64,000 bases of DNA from Phycisphaerales bacterium (GTDB lineage Bacteria > Planctomycetota > Phycisphaerae > WQYP01), in the NCBI GenBank assembly GCA_027451365.1, contig DAIDJN010000054.1, positions 3,690 through 67,689 of the forward strand, given 5' to 3'. The translations under genes and the position numbers were made by a program. Numbering within the stretch: the stretch's first letter is position 1; the number at the start of each line of letters is the position of its first letter. The notes beneath the pieces are model-generated. The model did no database searches and was not told where the DNA came from. It saw only the letters and a program-made list of their open reading frames with translations. This document shows, piece by piece, positions 1 to 10,337 of the stretch.

Positions 1-1865
1 TTGCCAATCGCCACCGGCTCGGCGGCCACCGTTCCCGTGACCCCTTTGCCACTTATCGCCCTGACATTGCTGACTGTCGGCAATGCCAGTCCGCGTGCCT
101 GCGCAGTCTGAACAATTGCCCGGGCCAGTGGGTGTTCGCTGGCCTGCTCCAGTCCCGCCGCCATCCCCAGCAGACGGGCTTCATCCTGGCCGGCCACCCG
201 GCGAATGGAAACAACCTGCGGCTTGCCCGTCGTTAATGTGCCGGTCTTGTCCAGCACAATGGTGCGAACCTTTTCCAGTCGCTGGATCGCCTCGGCATTT
301 TTCACCAGCACACCCAGTTGCGCCGCCCGCCCCACACCAACCATTATGGCCATGGGCGTCGCCAGCCCCAGGGCACACGGGCAGGCGATGATCAATACGC
401 TGACAGCATTTATAACAGCGTACGCCAGCGCGGGCGAAGGCCCGACAGACCACCAGATTGCGGCCGTTAAAATTGCGGCAAGAATAACCGCGGGCACAAA
501 ATAAGAGGCCACGCGATCCGCGAGTTGCTGAATGGGCGCGCGACTGCGCTGCGCCTGGGCAACCATCTGCACAATTTGCGCCAGCATCGTTTGGCCGCCC
601 ACCCTGGTGGCCCGCATGACCAGTGCGCCGGTCGCATTCAGCGTGCCGCCAATAAGTGCGTCACCAGCCTTTTTTTCAGCGGGCATTGATTCACCTGATA
701 TCATGGATTCATCCACGGCCGCGGTGCCTTCCAGCAGCAGGCCGTCGGTGGGAATGCTTTCCCCGGGGCGCACCAGAAGCGTGTCGCCGGTCTGCACGTC
801 GCTTAAGGGGATATCCTGCCACGCGGATTGGCTATCCATACGACGATGCGCAATTGTTGGCGATAAATTCAGCAACCCTTTAAGTGCCTCGGACGTTTGG
901 GCCCGGGCGCGCAGTTCCAGCACCTGCCCGAGCAGCACCAGTGACACAATAACCGCGGCGCTTTCAAAATAGGTCGCCACCTGACCACCGGGGCGCATGG
1001 CGGCGGGAAAGCAATCCGGGGCGATCGTCGCCACCGCGGAAAAAACCCACGCCGCCCCAACGCCTGTTCCAATTAGTGTAAACATATTTAAATGTTTATT
1101 TAACAATGACTTCCACGCGCGCCGGAAAAAGGGCCAGCCGCAATAAAACACCACCGGTGTGGCCAGCAGCAGTTCCACCGGGTTCAACCAGGCCGCTCTG
1201 GCCAGAGCGTTTGAAAAATCGGCGGTCATGGCCAATACCAGCAGTGGCAGCGCGAATATCACGCTGACTTTGAATCGACGGGTCATATCCGCAAGTTCCG
1301 GATTGGCCGTCGGCTGCGATTCCGGCCGCATTCCCTCCAGCGCCATGCCGCATTTGGGACATGACCCCGGCTGGTCACGCACCACTTCCGGATGCATCGG
1401 ACAGGTATACCGAACCGGCGATGTTTCCGCGCCGGTGGACAGACCCGCGGGTCCAATCTCCAGTTCCAGCGCCATGCCGCATTTTGGGCATGTATCCGCA
1501 TGGTCCATCAGAATTTCAGGGTCCATCGGACAGATATAGCGCGCCGATGATTTTCCCCCTGCCGCGCCCCCCGTTGGAACGCCCGACACCTCGGTGGATG
1601 TTTTGGCCTTAGCTGAAACGGTCAGACCGTGCAATTGAACCGCCGGCGCGTGGGTCTTGTTCAGATATTTTTCCGGATCCGCCTGAAATTTTGCGATGCA
1701 ACTTCGACCGCAAAAAAAATAGTCTTTCCCTTTATAATTGACCGACCCAGCACATTTTTCCGGATTCACGCGCATGGAACAAACCGGGTCAATGGCAACC
1801 GCGGGATTGCCCGCACCGGTGTCTGCATGACCCGTTTTGGATTCCGCAGAATCAGGATGATTCAC
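1..1865 (-). CDS. copA: Cu(I)-type heavy-metal P1B ATPase with N-terminal YHS and two CPMH/CPKC metal-binding domains (runs off the window start)
   Basis: Manual minus-strand translation from GTG at 1865 (GGAG upstream) gives DPVCSMRV..YFFCGRSCIAKF (YHS), YICPMDP..CPKCGMALE, YTCPMHP..CPKCGMALE, IIACPCALGLATP and DKTGT. Absent from the ORF track, probably because the stop lies outside the window. Confidence 0.92.
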   Translation of the reverse strand, partial: MNHPDSAESKTGHADTGAGNPAVAIDPVCSMRVNPEKCAGSVNYKGKDYFFCGRSCIAKFQADPEKYLNKTHAPAVQLHGLTVSAKAKTSTEVSGVPTGGAAGGKSSARYICPMDPEILMDHADTCPKCGMALELEIGPAGLSTGAETSPVRYTCPMHPEVVRDQPGSCPKCGMALEGMRPESQPTANPELADMTRRFKVSVIFALPLLVLAMTADFSNALARAAWLNPVELLLATPVVFYCGWPFFRRAWKSLLNKHLNMFTLIGTGVGAAWVFSAVATIAPDCFPAAMRPGGQVATYFESAAVIVSLVLLGQVLELRARAQTSEALKGLLNLSPTIAHRRMDSQSAWQDIPLSDVQTGDTLLVRPGESIPTDGLLLEGTAAVDESMISGESMPAEKKAGDALIGGTLNATGALVMRATRVGGQTMLAQIVQMVAQAQRSRAPIQQLADRVASYFVPAVILAAILTAAIWWSVGPSPALAYAVINAVSVLIIACPCALGLATPMAIMVGVGRAAQLGVLVKNAEAIQRLEKVRTIVLDKTGTLTTGKPQVVSIRRVAGQDEARLLGMAAGLEQASEHPLARAIVQTAQARGLALPTVSNVRAISGKGVTGTVAAEPVAIG

Positions 1866-2171
1866 AAAAAACTCCAAAAATGGCCTTTCGGCCATATCCA
1901 TCCGCCCCGTCTTTTATGATAGCCCCAGGATCGGGAAAGAAAAGCGCCGGATCACCGCACCTGGGCCGAGCCAGGCTCTCGGGCATTCTGAAAAGGCATG
2001 AATAATGAATGCTTGACGCACAGATTCAGCATCTGAACGGCCCATCGCGCCACAGTTCGGACGGGCAGGCGCGCATCCGAGTGCGCCTCGGCCGTCAAGA
2101 CCGAATGTCGATCCATTTGTTATTCGCGCAATGCCGCGTATCGGCCAGAAATTTGCCAAGGACCGCGACGG

Positions 2172-3224
2172 TCAATTTTCCGTACCGGATTCCGCGGCAC
2201 GTATGCGCGCCGCGGAAAGGATAAATCGCTGCGTTAACCCCGCCCAGACCAGCAGAAGCGATCCGGATACTATCATGAACAACCACAACATTTCTATGCG
2301 CACCGGCAGGTCAGATTGCCGCGAAAGGACACCCGGCTGCAACGCGGTCCACAGGCCAACGCCCATGGTTACCGTAAGCCCCAGCGTGCCCAGCAGCCGA
2401 CAGGCGGTATTTACCCATCGCTTGAATTCAGAAAAGTAGGCCAACATGCCCAGCAGTCCGGCAAATTCCGCGCCGAATACAGCCGCTATAATCGTCAGAT
2501 GAACCCAAAGCTGCTCACCATGGGGCACAATCGCCGTAATCTGTTTGCCGCACACCGCCAAACCGGCCGGCAGGAACCAAAGAATGGTAACCCCGGCGGA
2601 AATGAAAAACTGCCAGTTGCGAAACCGCAGAGATTCAGTCACCGCGGGCCGAATGCCGGTAATCGCATCCAAAGCCACCAGCGACAGCAGGGCCACCGTC
2701 GGATAACCGACCAGAATAACAAATACCTCTCCCTGCCCCTTGGCCAGCAGCATGACGAGGCACAACATACATACCCCGAGCATCCACATGAAATCCGCCC
2801 GCAAAGACCGCGGCAGAAAAATAAGCGCCGGCACGCCCAGCAGTCCAAGAACCAGTTCCAGGAAGCGAAGCGTCTGCCCCATGCCACTGTGAAATACCGG
2901 TGCCGCCGAGTTTGCGCCCATTAATTGTGCGCCCAGTCGCGAAAAAATCAGGTAGACCGGCGCAACCAGCAGAATACATCCGAAAATTCCGACGAACAGG
3001 CACGAAAATTCAAACCGTTTACGCGGAATTGGCCACGGCTTTTCCGCTTCGCTCCCCGCCGCATCATTGGCATCGGCAGTCGGCTGGGCCAATGCGGTCG
3101 CCGGTTTGGCGGCGGGAAAATCGATTTTCGGCGGCGCGGCGGCAACCGCCGTCCGTCCGTCCGAAATACCGTGAATGCCCGGCGAAATGCCACGCCGCGC
3201 CAAGACTGGTCTGCCGTACCGCAT
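2172..3224 (-). CDS. Multi-pass membrane protein of unknown function
   Basis: ORF 2172..3251 with about 8 hydrophobic segments; ATG at 3224 preceded by GGAG; start uncertain. Confidence 0.65.
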   Translation of the reverse strand: MRYGRPVLARRGISPGIHGISDGRTAVAAAPPKIDFPAAKPATALAQPTADANDAAGSEAEKPWPIPRKRFEFSCLFVGIFGCILLVAPVYLIFSRLGAQLMGANSAAPVFHSGMGQTLRFLELVLGLLGVPALIFLPRSLRADFMWMLGVCMLCLVMLLAKGQGEVFVILVGYPTVALLSLVALDAITGIRPAVTESLRFRNWQFFISAGVTILWFLPAGLAVCGKQITAIVPHGEQLWVHLTIIAAVFGAEFAGLLGMLAYFSEFKRWVNTACRLLGTLGLTVTMGVGLWTALQPGVLSRQSDLPVRIEMLWLFMIVSGSLLLVWAGLTQRFILSAARIRAAESGTEN

Positions 3225-3396
3225 ACAAAACTCCGCCAACGCGCCGGGCACGCAGGAAGCTCCGGCCTGCCTGTATTATATCGGTCAAATGGCTGGCATG
3301 TGAGATTTTGTTCAATAATTCAACTTGCCCGAGGACTGCCACTGGCTCTTTTGACAAGCGGCCATTTGTCCGAAGGCATCGTCCGTGGATGGATTA

Positions 3397-4425
3397 TCAG
3401 GCCAAATATTTATCGGCGGCCTTGCGCCGGCAAAGGGCCAGGCCACCCAATCCCAGAACGCCGCAAAACAACAGTGCCCCAGTTGGCGGCGCTGGCAACG
3501 GGCCGCCGGCGGGGATGGCGTTCAGCGGTGTGGAAAAATTCGGGCTGGCAAAATCAATTTCTCCAACGCCGGTGATACCCCCCACCGCTACATTGCCGGT
3601 AATTGTGCTTTGAGTGTCAAGCGCTGCGTTGGGTGCCAAGATAGATCCATACCACCCGGATTGCAGAGACACAGTGGCAGCGGTGCTGAAATTCCACACA
3701 ATGTTATCCGCCAGGTCGGCATTTCCGTTGAAATTCAACCCGCCTGGCTCTGAAAAGCTGGACCCCGAAAAATTTACCAGCACCTGCTGATTGGTTGACA
3801 AATTGGAAAATTCAATATTGGAAATTGGCTGACCGGGTGAAAAAGTAGTCGAGTTAATATTGAACACCACAAGCGAAGGACCGGTCGGCACGTTAAACGA
3901 TAAATCATTGTTGCTTGCAGTCACCGTCGCGCCGTTGGTGGTGGGCAAAGCCGCCCATGCGGTGGAGGTGGCCGACAGCTCGCTGCCGAAATTGGCCAGG
4001 TCGGTCACCGGTGCGGTCGAATTTTGTACAAGTGAACCGCCACCGTTCACCGAAAAACCGCCGGTCGCCGTGCCGCCGATCAGCACATTTCCGTTATTTA
4101 CGTGGACGCTACTGGAGGTGATGCCGCCAGTGGCTTCCAAGCCGATGGTGGAACCCGAAGGTAATCCATTTCCCGCAAAGGTCGAACCCGCAACCGACCC
4201 ATTTATGAAAGCATTGCCTTGAATATCGCTGTTATCAGTAAACGAGGCCACCGGCGTGCGAGATCCGCCAGCAGCCGGCGCGCCCAGCACAATAACGTTG
4301 AATTGTTCCATGGGAAAGGCTCCCGCACATGCCCGTGGAAGACCAGAAAAGCCTGAGTTGGCAACCGAAATAAATGCCACGCCAGCCAAAACCATTGTGT
4401 TAATGCATTTCATTCTCAAAATCAC
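3397..4425 (-). CDS. Choice-of-anchor A family secreted protein with a PEP-CTERM-like (LPAP) sorting tail
   Basis: Signal peptide; motifs FNVIVLG, SDIQG, IVWNFSTA, GSILAPNA; C-terminus LPAPPTGALLFCGVLGLGGLALCRRK (motif, TM helix, basic cluster). Confidence 0.8.
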   Translation of the reverse strand: MILRMKCINTMVLAGVAFISVANSGFSGLPRACAGAFPMEQFNVIVLGAPAAGGSRTPVASFTDNSDIQGNAFINGSVAGSTFAGNGLPSGSTIGLEATGGITSSSVHVNNGNVLIGGTATGGFSVNGGGSLVQNSTAPVTDLANFGSELSATSTAWAALPTTNGATVTASNNDLSFNVPTGPSLVVFNINSTTFSPGQPISNIEFSNLSTNQQVLVNFSGSSFSEPGGLNFNGNADLADNIVWNFSTAATVSLQSGWYGSILAPNAALDTQSTITGNVAVGGITGVGEIDFASPNFSTPLNAIPAGGPLPAPPTGALLFCGVLGLGGLALCRRKAADKYLA

Positions 4426-5000
4426 TCCGTACCTAAACTATGCCACAGCGCAATACATTCGGCAATTGCCGCTTGCAATGGCCATGGATCAACTACAGTG
4501 TTACCAGCGTTGTTTTACGCCAGCAGAGCGGCGGGATTCTCTATCCCTCATTTCTCAGGCAGCTCACGGCCACCTGCGCAACCATTTAATAGCCCGGAGT
4601 TTACCATACCATTCGACATAAAGTCAAAAACCAGTCCATTACCAGTTCAAATTTCACGTTTATCTGACGTTGCGACGTAAATCCTGGTCGTCCGGTGGCT
4701 CTGAAATCGGAAAATAAGCGATTTTTTCCGCCAGCGGCCCGCCAACCCATAGCTGGATTCGTCCGTAACTCAACTGCACCGCCCACCTATCTATCACAAC
4801 CCAGTTGCGTGCCAACATAACCGATGTCAAACCGGATATTTCACACGCATAATTCTTGACACTGCCGCCCCAGCGCGTTACGGTTCCGGGTAGTATGGAC
4901 CGCATTGTGCGCTCGGCAGGCTAATGAGGCCGGCCAGACGGCTTGCGAATCAGGCGGCACAATCGGCGGAGCGGTCAAATCTTACTTGGAGAAACGCAGT

Positions 5001-6038
5001 ATGCGGACTGGCTTTTGGCGTTGGCCTTCTCTGGCTGTTGTGCTTGGAACCACCGGGCTGGCTTTTGGCGCTGCGCCGCCTATGCCCAATCCGGTTGCAG
5101 CCACGTATACCGCAGCCGATACAACCGCCATGACCGCGTATGTGGACTACTACGCCGCCCAATTGCGGCAGGCCACCACCACGCGAGCTATGGTCCACGC
5201 CCGCCACGGTATCTTAAAACCGCTGCAGCAAAAATCTCTCACGCCGTCGGTTATGTTTCTTTCAGATTACGGGAGCGTTGTTACCACAGAATTAACTCCT
5301 CTGCTGGCCCATAAAAATCTCGCGCTAAATACCATCATCACCTTGGCCAACATCAATGATTTAAGCACCCAACCCGCTCTGCAACAGGGGCTGGAAAGTC
5401 CGGTGCCCGCGGTACGCTACTGGGCGGCTCGCGGTTTAATCGGAATCGAACCGGAACTGGCACAAATCGGCCCATCTGAACAGTCCGCGGTAACCCAGCT
5501 GAAAACCGCGCTTTCTACTGAAACAGACCCGGTCGCGGCCTTGGAAATTTGCCAATGCCTGCAATCCATGACGCCCGAACCGCTGGACACCGCGCCCCTT
5601 ATTGTGGCCGTAATCGGGCGCGTGACCCATCCTTACCCCAAGGCGCCACCCCAGAATCTGGACCTCGCCGCCAGACTGGTCAGCAGCCTGACCCAGGTTC
5701 TGAAAGCGGGGGCCGTGCTTACCCCGGACGAAAAGCTTACCGCCATGACCACATTGGCGGATTTAGGCAGCTACGCCGCCCAATACTGGCAGGCTGGCCT
5801 CCTGGGCTACCCGCAAAAGCTTGCCGCGCCCGAAACCGTCAACGCCTGCGCAGCGGCGATGAACGCCGTCAGCGGTACAACTTCTTTTTCCATTCCAACC
5901 CTTACCAGTACCAGCAGCGCCACCGACACGCTTCTGAAGGTCAATGCCCTTACCGGCAGCCAGTCGCAGGCTGGTATCCTGCAAAAACTTTTCCCAAAGG
6001 CCCCCATTCCCATCCGTATTGCCGGGGCAGGGCAATGA
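5001..6038 (+). CDS. Secreted HEAT-repeat protein
   Basis: Signal peptide from ATG 5001 (GGAG upstream); HEAT-like segment GLESPVPAVRYWAARGL. Confidence 0.7.
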   Translation: MRTGFWRWPSLAVVLGTTGLAFGAAPPMPNPVAATYTAADTTAMTAYVDYYAAQLRQATTTRAMVHARHGILKPLQQKSLTPSVMFLSDYGSVVTTELTPLLAHKNLALNTIITLANINDLSTQPALQQGLESPVPAVRYWAARGLIGIEPELAQIGPSEQSAVTQLKTALSTETDPVAALEICQCLQSMTPEPLDTAPLIVAVIGRVTHPYPKAPPQNLDLAARLVSSLTQVLKAGAVLTPDEKLTAMTTLADLGSYAAQYWQAGLLGYPQKLAAPETVNACAAAMNAVSGTTSFSIPTLTSTSSATDTLLKVNALTGSQSQAGILQKLFPKAPIPIRIAGAGQ

Positions 6039-6137
6039 TGCACATTGCCCATGCAAAATGCGCTGACGGTTTGTTGGTCGGGCCGTTTGCGCCCAACGGC
6101 ACCGTGTCCAGACGCGGCAAAGATACATGGGGACCGC

Positions 6138-7463
6138 GTGGCTGAATCGTGGGTTGACATTCAACCGGTAAGCCGCCCGTTCCGCGCCACCGTCGCCGTG
6201 CCAGGCAGCAAAAGCATTACCAATCGGGCCTTGCCGATGGCCGCAATGGCCAGCGGACCGAGCCGACTTTCCGGCGTGCTGTTTGCCGATGACACCCGTC
6301 ACATGATTGACTGCCTGCGGCACCTCGGCGTAAATCTTGAAATTAACGAATCTGCATGTGAAATTTCCGTTTCCGGTTCCAGTCCCGCCTTCCCCATCGC
6401 AAACGCTGATTTATCCTGCGGAAATTCAGGTACCACCATCCGGTTCCTGACGGCCATTTGTGCCGCCATGCCCGGCACTTACCGCCTGGATGGTATTGAA
6501 CGCATGCGACAGAGGCCAATTGGCGAACTTGCAACGGCAATTGCCAGTCTGGGCGGAAATATTCAGTTCCCGCTGAATCCAGGCTTCCCCCCCGTTCAGA
6601 CAAGCGGCACCGGCCTTGCTGGCGGCCAATGTCGATTCAGCAATGTCAAAAGCAGTCAATATATTTCAGCCGTTCTGATGGCCGCGCCGCTCGCCCGGCG
6701 GTCTGTGGATGTCATTTTGGAAGGTCCCGTCACCAGTGAACCGTATGTCCGCATGACACTGGCCATGATGGAGCAATTCGGCATACGCACCTCGCAGGCC
6801 ACACTGGACCCCCAATCTCCTGAAATGGGCCGCGTTGTAACCATTGCCGCCAATCAGCCGTACACCGGCCGTGCTTACGCCATAGAACCTGATGCCAGCA
6901 ACGCGAGTTATTATCTGGCCGCGGCGGCTCTGGTGCCCGGCTCCACAGTCGTCATCCCCGGTCTTGGCCGCAATTCCCTTCAGGGAGATATGCTTTTTGC
7001 CGATGTGCTTGGACAAATGGGTGCCCATTTATTTCTGGACGCTGATTGCGTCCGCATGACCGGAACGGCCCGTCTTGGCGGACTTACAATTGACATGAAC
7101 TGCATTCCCGACATGGTACAAACGCTGGCCGTTCTGGCACTTTTCGCGGACGGTCCGACCCATATTTGCAATGTCGGCAATTTGCGGATCAAGGAAACCG
7201 ACCGCCTCGCCGCACTGGAAACAGAATTAACGAAACTTGGCGCGCAGGTACACACCACCGCGGACAGCATTACCATTCATCCGCCGGTACAAGTGACTCC
7301 CGCAACCATTGAAACCTATGACGACCACCGCATGGCGATGGCATTTGCGGTAGCCGGCCTGCGCGTGCCGGGGATCCGCATAAGCAATCCGGCCTGTTGC
7401 GCAAAGACCTATCCGTCGTTCTTTACTGATTTTGCAGCCGCGACTGCCAGCCAGACACTTTAA
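6138..7463 (+). CDS. aroA: 3-phosphoshikimate 1-carboxyvinyltransferase (EPSP synthase)
   Basis: PGSKSITNRAL, GNSGTTIRF, SSQYISA, RIKETDRL, DDHRMAM, KTYPSFF. Likely start is GTG at 6138. Confidence 0.96.
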   Translation: MAESWVDIQPVSRPFRATVAVPGSKSITNRALPMAAMASGPSRLSGVLFADDTRHMIDCLRHLGVNLEINESACEISVSGSSPAFPIANADLSCGNSGTTIRFLTAICAAMPGTYRLDGIERMRQRPIGELATAIASLGGNIQFPLNPGFPPVQTSGTGLAGGQCRFSNVKSSQYISAVLMAAPLARRSVDVILEGPVTSEPYVRMTLAMMEQFGIRTSQATLDPQSPEMGRVVTIAANQPYTGRAYAIEPDASNASYYLAAAALVPGSTVVIPGLGRNSLQGDMLFADVLGQMGAHLFLDADCVRMTGTARLGGLTIDMNCIPDMVQTLAVLALFADGPTHICNVGNLRIKETDRLAALETELTKLGAQVHTTADSITIHPPVQVTPATIETYDDHRMAMAFAVAGLRVPGIRISNPACCAKTYPSFFTDFAAATASQTL

Positions 7464-7587
7464 CCCGCGCCCTATGCCACATCCCGCGGCGCTGTGTGAA
7501 GAATCGCGGCAGGCAATACCCCAACGTTTCCCGTTTTTGACCAGTCTGATTTTTGCCGCGAAACATAAAATGGGTTATAAACTCGCC

Positions 7588-8610
7588 ATGACTCAGGCAC
7601 ATTCGGGAATTCAACCGCTGCAGGTGGGCATTATCGGCGACGGGGCCATGGGAACACTTTGCGCTCTTCTGCTGGCCGAATGCGGTCATTCCGTGCAACT
7701 TTGGGGCCGGCAAAGCCAGCGGGTGATGGAATTACGCACCGACCGCCAGAACCGCCGCTACCTGCCCGGCATAACACTGCCGGAATCCGTTCAACTCACC
7801 GATCAGGACACCGCCGTAGCCAGCCGTGCTGATTTTCTAATTTGCGCAGTCCCCACACAATACATACGTTCCATTCTGCAGCGCCTGGCACCGCACATCC
7901 CCGCTGGATTGCCCATCGTCAGCGTCGCCAAGGGAATTGAAAATCAGACACTCCTTCGTCCGACACAAATTATCCTGGATGTGCTTCCCGACCGGTCCGT
8001 GGCGGCTCTTTCCGGCCCGTGCATTGCCGGCGAAGCGGCCCGTCGCATGCCCGCCACACTGGTGGCCGCTTCCAGCGATCATGGCCTGGCCACCCGTGTT
8101 CAACAGGTCATGACAACACGCAGTGTTCGCATTTATCGCAATGCAGATCTGACCGGGGTGGAACTGGCCGGGGCCACGAAAAACGTCATCGCAATTGCCG
8201 CCGGTGTGCTGGACGGAATGAATATGGGCGTCAATGCGAAGGCGGCGCTCCTGACACGCGGTCTGGTCGAAATAACCCGCCTGGGCATGGCGATGGGCGC
8301 GCAAGCCGAAACGTTCAGCGGACTCGCTGGCCTGGGCGACCTGGTGACCACTTGTTTTTCCCAAGAGGGAAGAAACCGCGGCTTTGGCCAGCAAATCGGC
8401 CAGGGAGTCGGGCCGGAACAGGCCATGGCCGCCATGACCGGCGTCGTGGAAGGGGCCGCGACCACGCGAAGCGTCTTGGAACTTGCCCAGCGACACAAGG
8501 TCGAAATGCCCATCAGCGAAATGCTTTACTCGGTTCTGTTCCGCGCCAAACCGCCGGTCGCCGCTATTACCGAACTTATGAGCCGCCAGTTAAAAGCCGA
8601 ACTGACATGA
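7588..8610 (+). CDS. gpsA: NAD(P)H-dependent glycerol-3-phosphate dehydrogenase
   Basis: GDGAMGT Rossmann motif, NRRYLPG, KGIE, KNVIAIAAG, GLAGLGDLVTTC, RNR. Confidence 0.95.
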   Translation: MTQAHSGIQPLQVGIIGDGAMGTLCALLLAECGHSVQLWGRQSQRVMELRTDRQNRRYLPGITLPESVQLTDQDTAVASRADFLICAVPTQYIRSILQRLAPHIPAGLPIVSVAKGIENQTLLRPTQIILDVLPDRSVAALSGPCIAGEAARRMPATLVAASSDHGLATRVQQVMTTRSVRIYRNADLTGVELAGATKNVIAIAAGVLDGMNMGVNAKAALLTRGLVEITRLGMAMGAQAETFSGLAGLGDLVTTCFSQEGRNRGFGQQIGQGVGPEQAMAAMTGVVEGAATTRSVLELAQRHKVEMPISEMLYSVLFRAKPPVAAITELMSRQLKAELT

Positions 8611-9464
8611 CCACCAGCAATGCAGCAGAACGTTTCCACCGGTCGCTTCGCACGCTGTGCCGCCGGATGCGCGTGGCATTCGCTTTGCGCCTGGCGTTTT
8701 TCGTCACCGTCGGCAAACGGTTCACTGGCCAGCCCATTTTTGTTAATCAGGAGCCACGAGCATCCGAGTTGTCCTGCGGCTTAGCCATCGTATTGCCCGG
8801 AATTGAAGCCGCCGGGCCATTTCCCCAGGCCATCTGTCAGGGCATTCGTAACAGCCCCTGGCGCGGCGCGGTGGAAATATTTTACTGGGGCATTCCCTTT
8901 CCTGAAGGCTATTTTCCCAACGTTATCTGGCTGAAAAGGAATCAGTATCAGGCCGCCGGCCTCGCACAAAAAATTCAGGATTACCAGAAAGCTTATCCGG
9001 GCCGCCCGGTTCATCTGTTCGGCAACAGCGCCGGCGCCGGCATTGCCCTGCTGGCGGTGGAACGATTGCCCATCACCAGTCCTATAGACAGTCTGGTATT
9101 CCTTCAAGGGGCTGTTTCGCCGAATCACGATCTGACGATCGCTCTTGACCGCGTGAAAAAGGGCATCTTAAATTGCTGTTCCCATCGCGATTGGATGGTT
9201 CTGGCGCTGGGTACTTTTATTTTCGGCACGATCGACCGCCGCCATTGCGTCGCCGCCGGCTGCCGCGGCTTTCATATTCCCACCCAACCCGAAAAGCGGC
9301 GGTTGTATATGGAAAAGCTGGTCCAGAAAAAATGGGTTCCGGAGTGGATCGACCTCTACGATCATTGGGGTTCACACGGTTCATCCACTTCTCATAAATT
9401 TATTTCGCAACTGGTGATGCCCTGGCTGCTGCACGATACCGCCCCCGTGCCACCGGCAAATTGA
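8607..9464 (+). CDS. Alpha/beta-hydrolase-fold protein
   Basis: C-terminal part of ORF 8019..9464 from ATG 8607, which overlaps the gpsA stop; IVLPGI, GNSAG nucleophile elbow, SHRDW, GSH. Confidence 0.7.
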   Translation: MTTSNAAERFHRSLRTLCRRMRVAFALRLAFFVTVGKRFTGQPIFVNQEPRASELSCGLAIVLPGIEAAGPFPQAICQGIRNSPWRGAVEIFYWGIPFPEGYFPNVIWLKRNQYQAAGLAQKIQDYQKAYPGRPVHLFGNSAGAGIALLAVERLPITSPIDSLVFLQGAVSPNHDLTIALDRVKKGILNCCSHRDWMVLALGTFIFGTIDRRHCVAAGCRGFHIPTQPEKRRLYMEKLVQKKWVPEWIDLYDHWGSHGSSTSHKFISQLVMPWLLHDTAPVPPAN

Positions 9465-9503
9465 AAACTCAAGGTCGTTCCCTGATATTTATAATTTATA
9501 ATT

Positions 9504-10229
9504 TCAGGTACACGCCGTGGTGGATGGAACTTCACCGGCATCCCACAGGATCAATTGACCGGCCGAAAAAAAGGCCATCCCGAAGGCTGGCGATGCGGTT
9601 TGTATGATCTGCGAACCATTGGGCCGCGGCCGGGCCAGTGGTGTCAGGCTGCCCAGATTCTGGCTGCCATCCGCGCTTAGCACGGTGTATGTCCAGGTTG
9701 CCGGCGCGCTTTGCGAACCATCTGTTCCGCCATCTTTTTTTATCTGCACCGGGAACATGGCCGGCCACGCGGCGCAAATAAGAACCACACTTCGCGGCAC
9801 TGCTTCCGCGGTGTAGCCGACCAGCAATCCAATGTGAAACGTGTTTAACCCCAGCAGATGGGTGGTGGCCGGACTGTTTTCCAGCAGATTCAAAACCAGG
9901 GCATTCACATTGCCGCTGTCGGTTAAACCTTCCGGCATAGTCAGGCTGGTGGCGGGAGCGGTGTCGCAGTCGGGCGAAAAAATATGGGCTGCATATTTTC
10001 CTGCGCCGGATTCCAAGGCGGTGATTTTTACAATAAGGCCGCGCCCCACCGGCACAGCCCTTTTTTGGGTAAGCGCCACGCCCGCTCCGGACACGCGGGC
10101 GGCAGTTGTACCTCCGCCGGCAAGCAGGCTGGAATTGGTGTTGATCTGATCAATAATCAGGTTCACGTGGCGGGCAATATTGTGCCATGGCTGGCGATCT
10201 GCAATCCATGGGGAAAGCGGGCTTTGCAT
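9504..10229 (-). CDS. Phage tail-tip-like protein of unknown function
   Basis: 241-aa ORF; the C-terminal FPVQIKKDGGTDG..ATWTYTV..RPRPNG..LWDAGE resembles, from recall, tail-region proteins of planctomycete prophages. Confidence 0.5.
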   Translation of the reverse strand: MQSPLSPWIADRQPWHNIARHVNLIIDQINTNSSLLAGGGTTAARVSGAGVALTQKRAVPVGRGLIVKITALESGAGKYAAHIFSPDCDTAPATSLTMPEGLTDSGNVNALVLNLLENSPATTHLLGLNTFHIGLLVGYTAEAVPRSVVLICAAWPAMFPVQIKKDGGTDGSQSAPATWTYTVLSADGSQNLGSLTPLARPRPNGSQIIQTASPAFGMAFFSAGQLILWDAGEVPSTTACT

Positions 10230-10337
10230 GCACGATCCTGTGGCAAAAGCGATGACATATTAATCGGGCCGCGCCGGGAACAAAGCCAGTGTTCCCTTAC
10301 GCCCGCAAATTTAGGATTCATGGAGCCTTGGCGGGCT

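Noticed and set aside
1335-1490. Near-identical ~25-bp repeats (TCCAGCGCCATGCCGCATTT..GGG)
   Set aside because: Explained by the duplicated CPKCGMALE metal-binding domains of the ATPase.
8019-8606. N-terminal extension of the 481-aa ORF
   Set aside because: Out-of-frame overlap with gpsA, Arg/Gly-rich; the real start is probably 8607.
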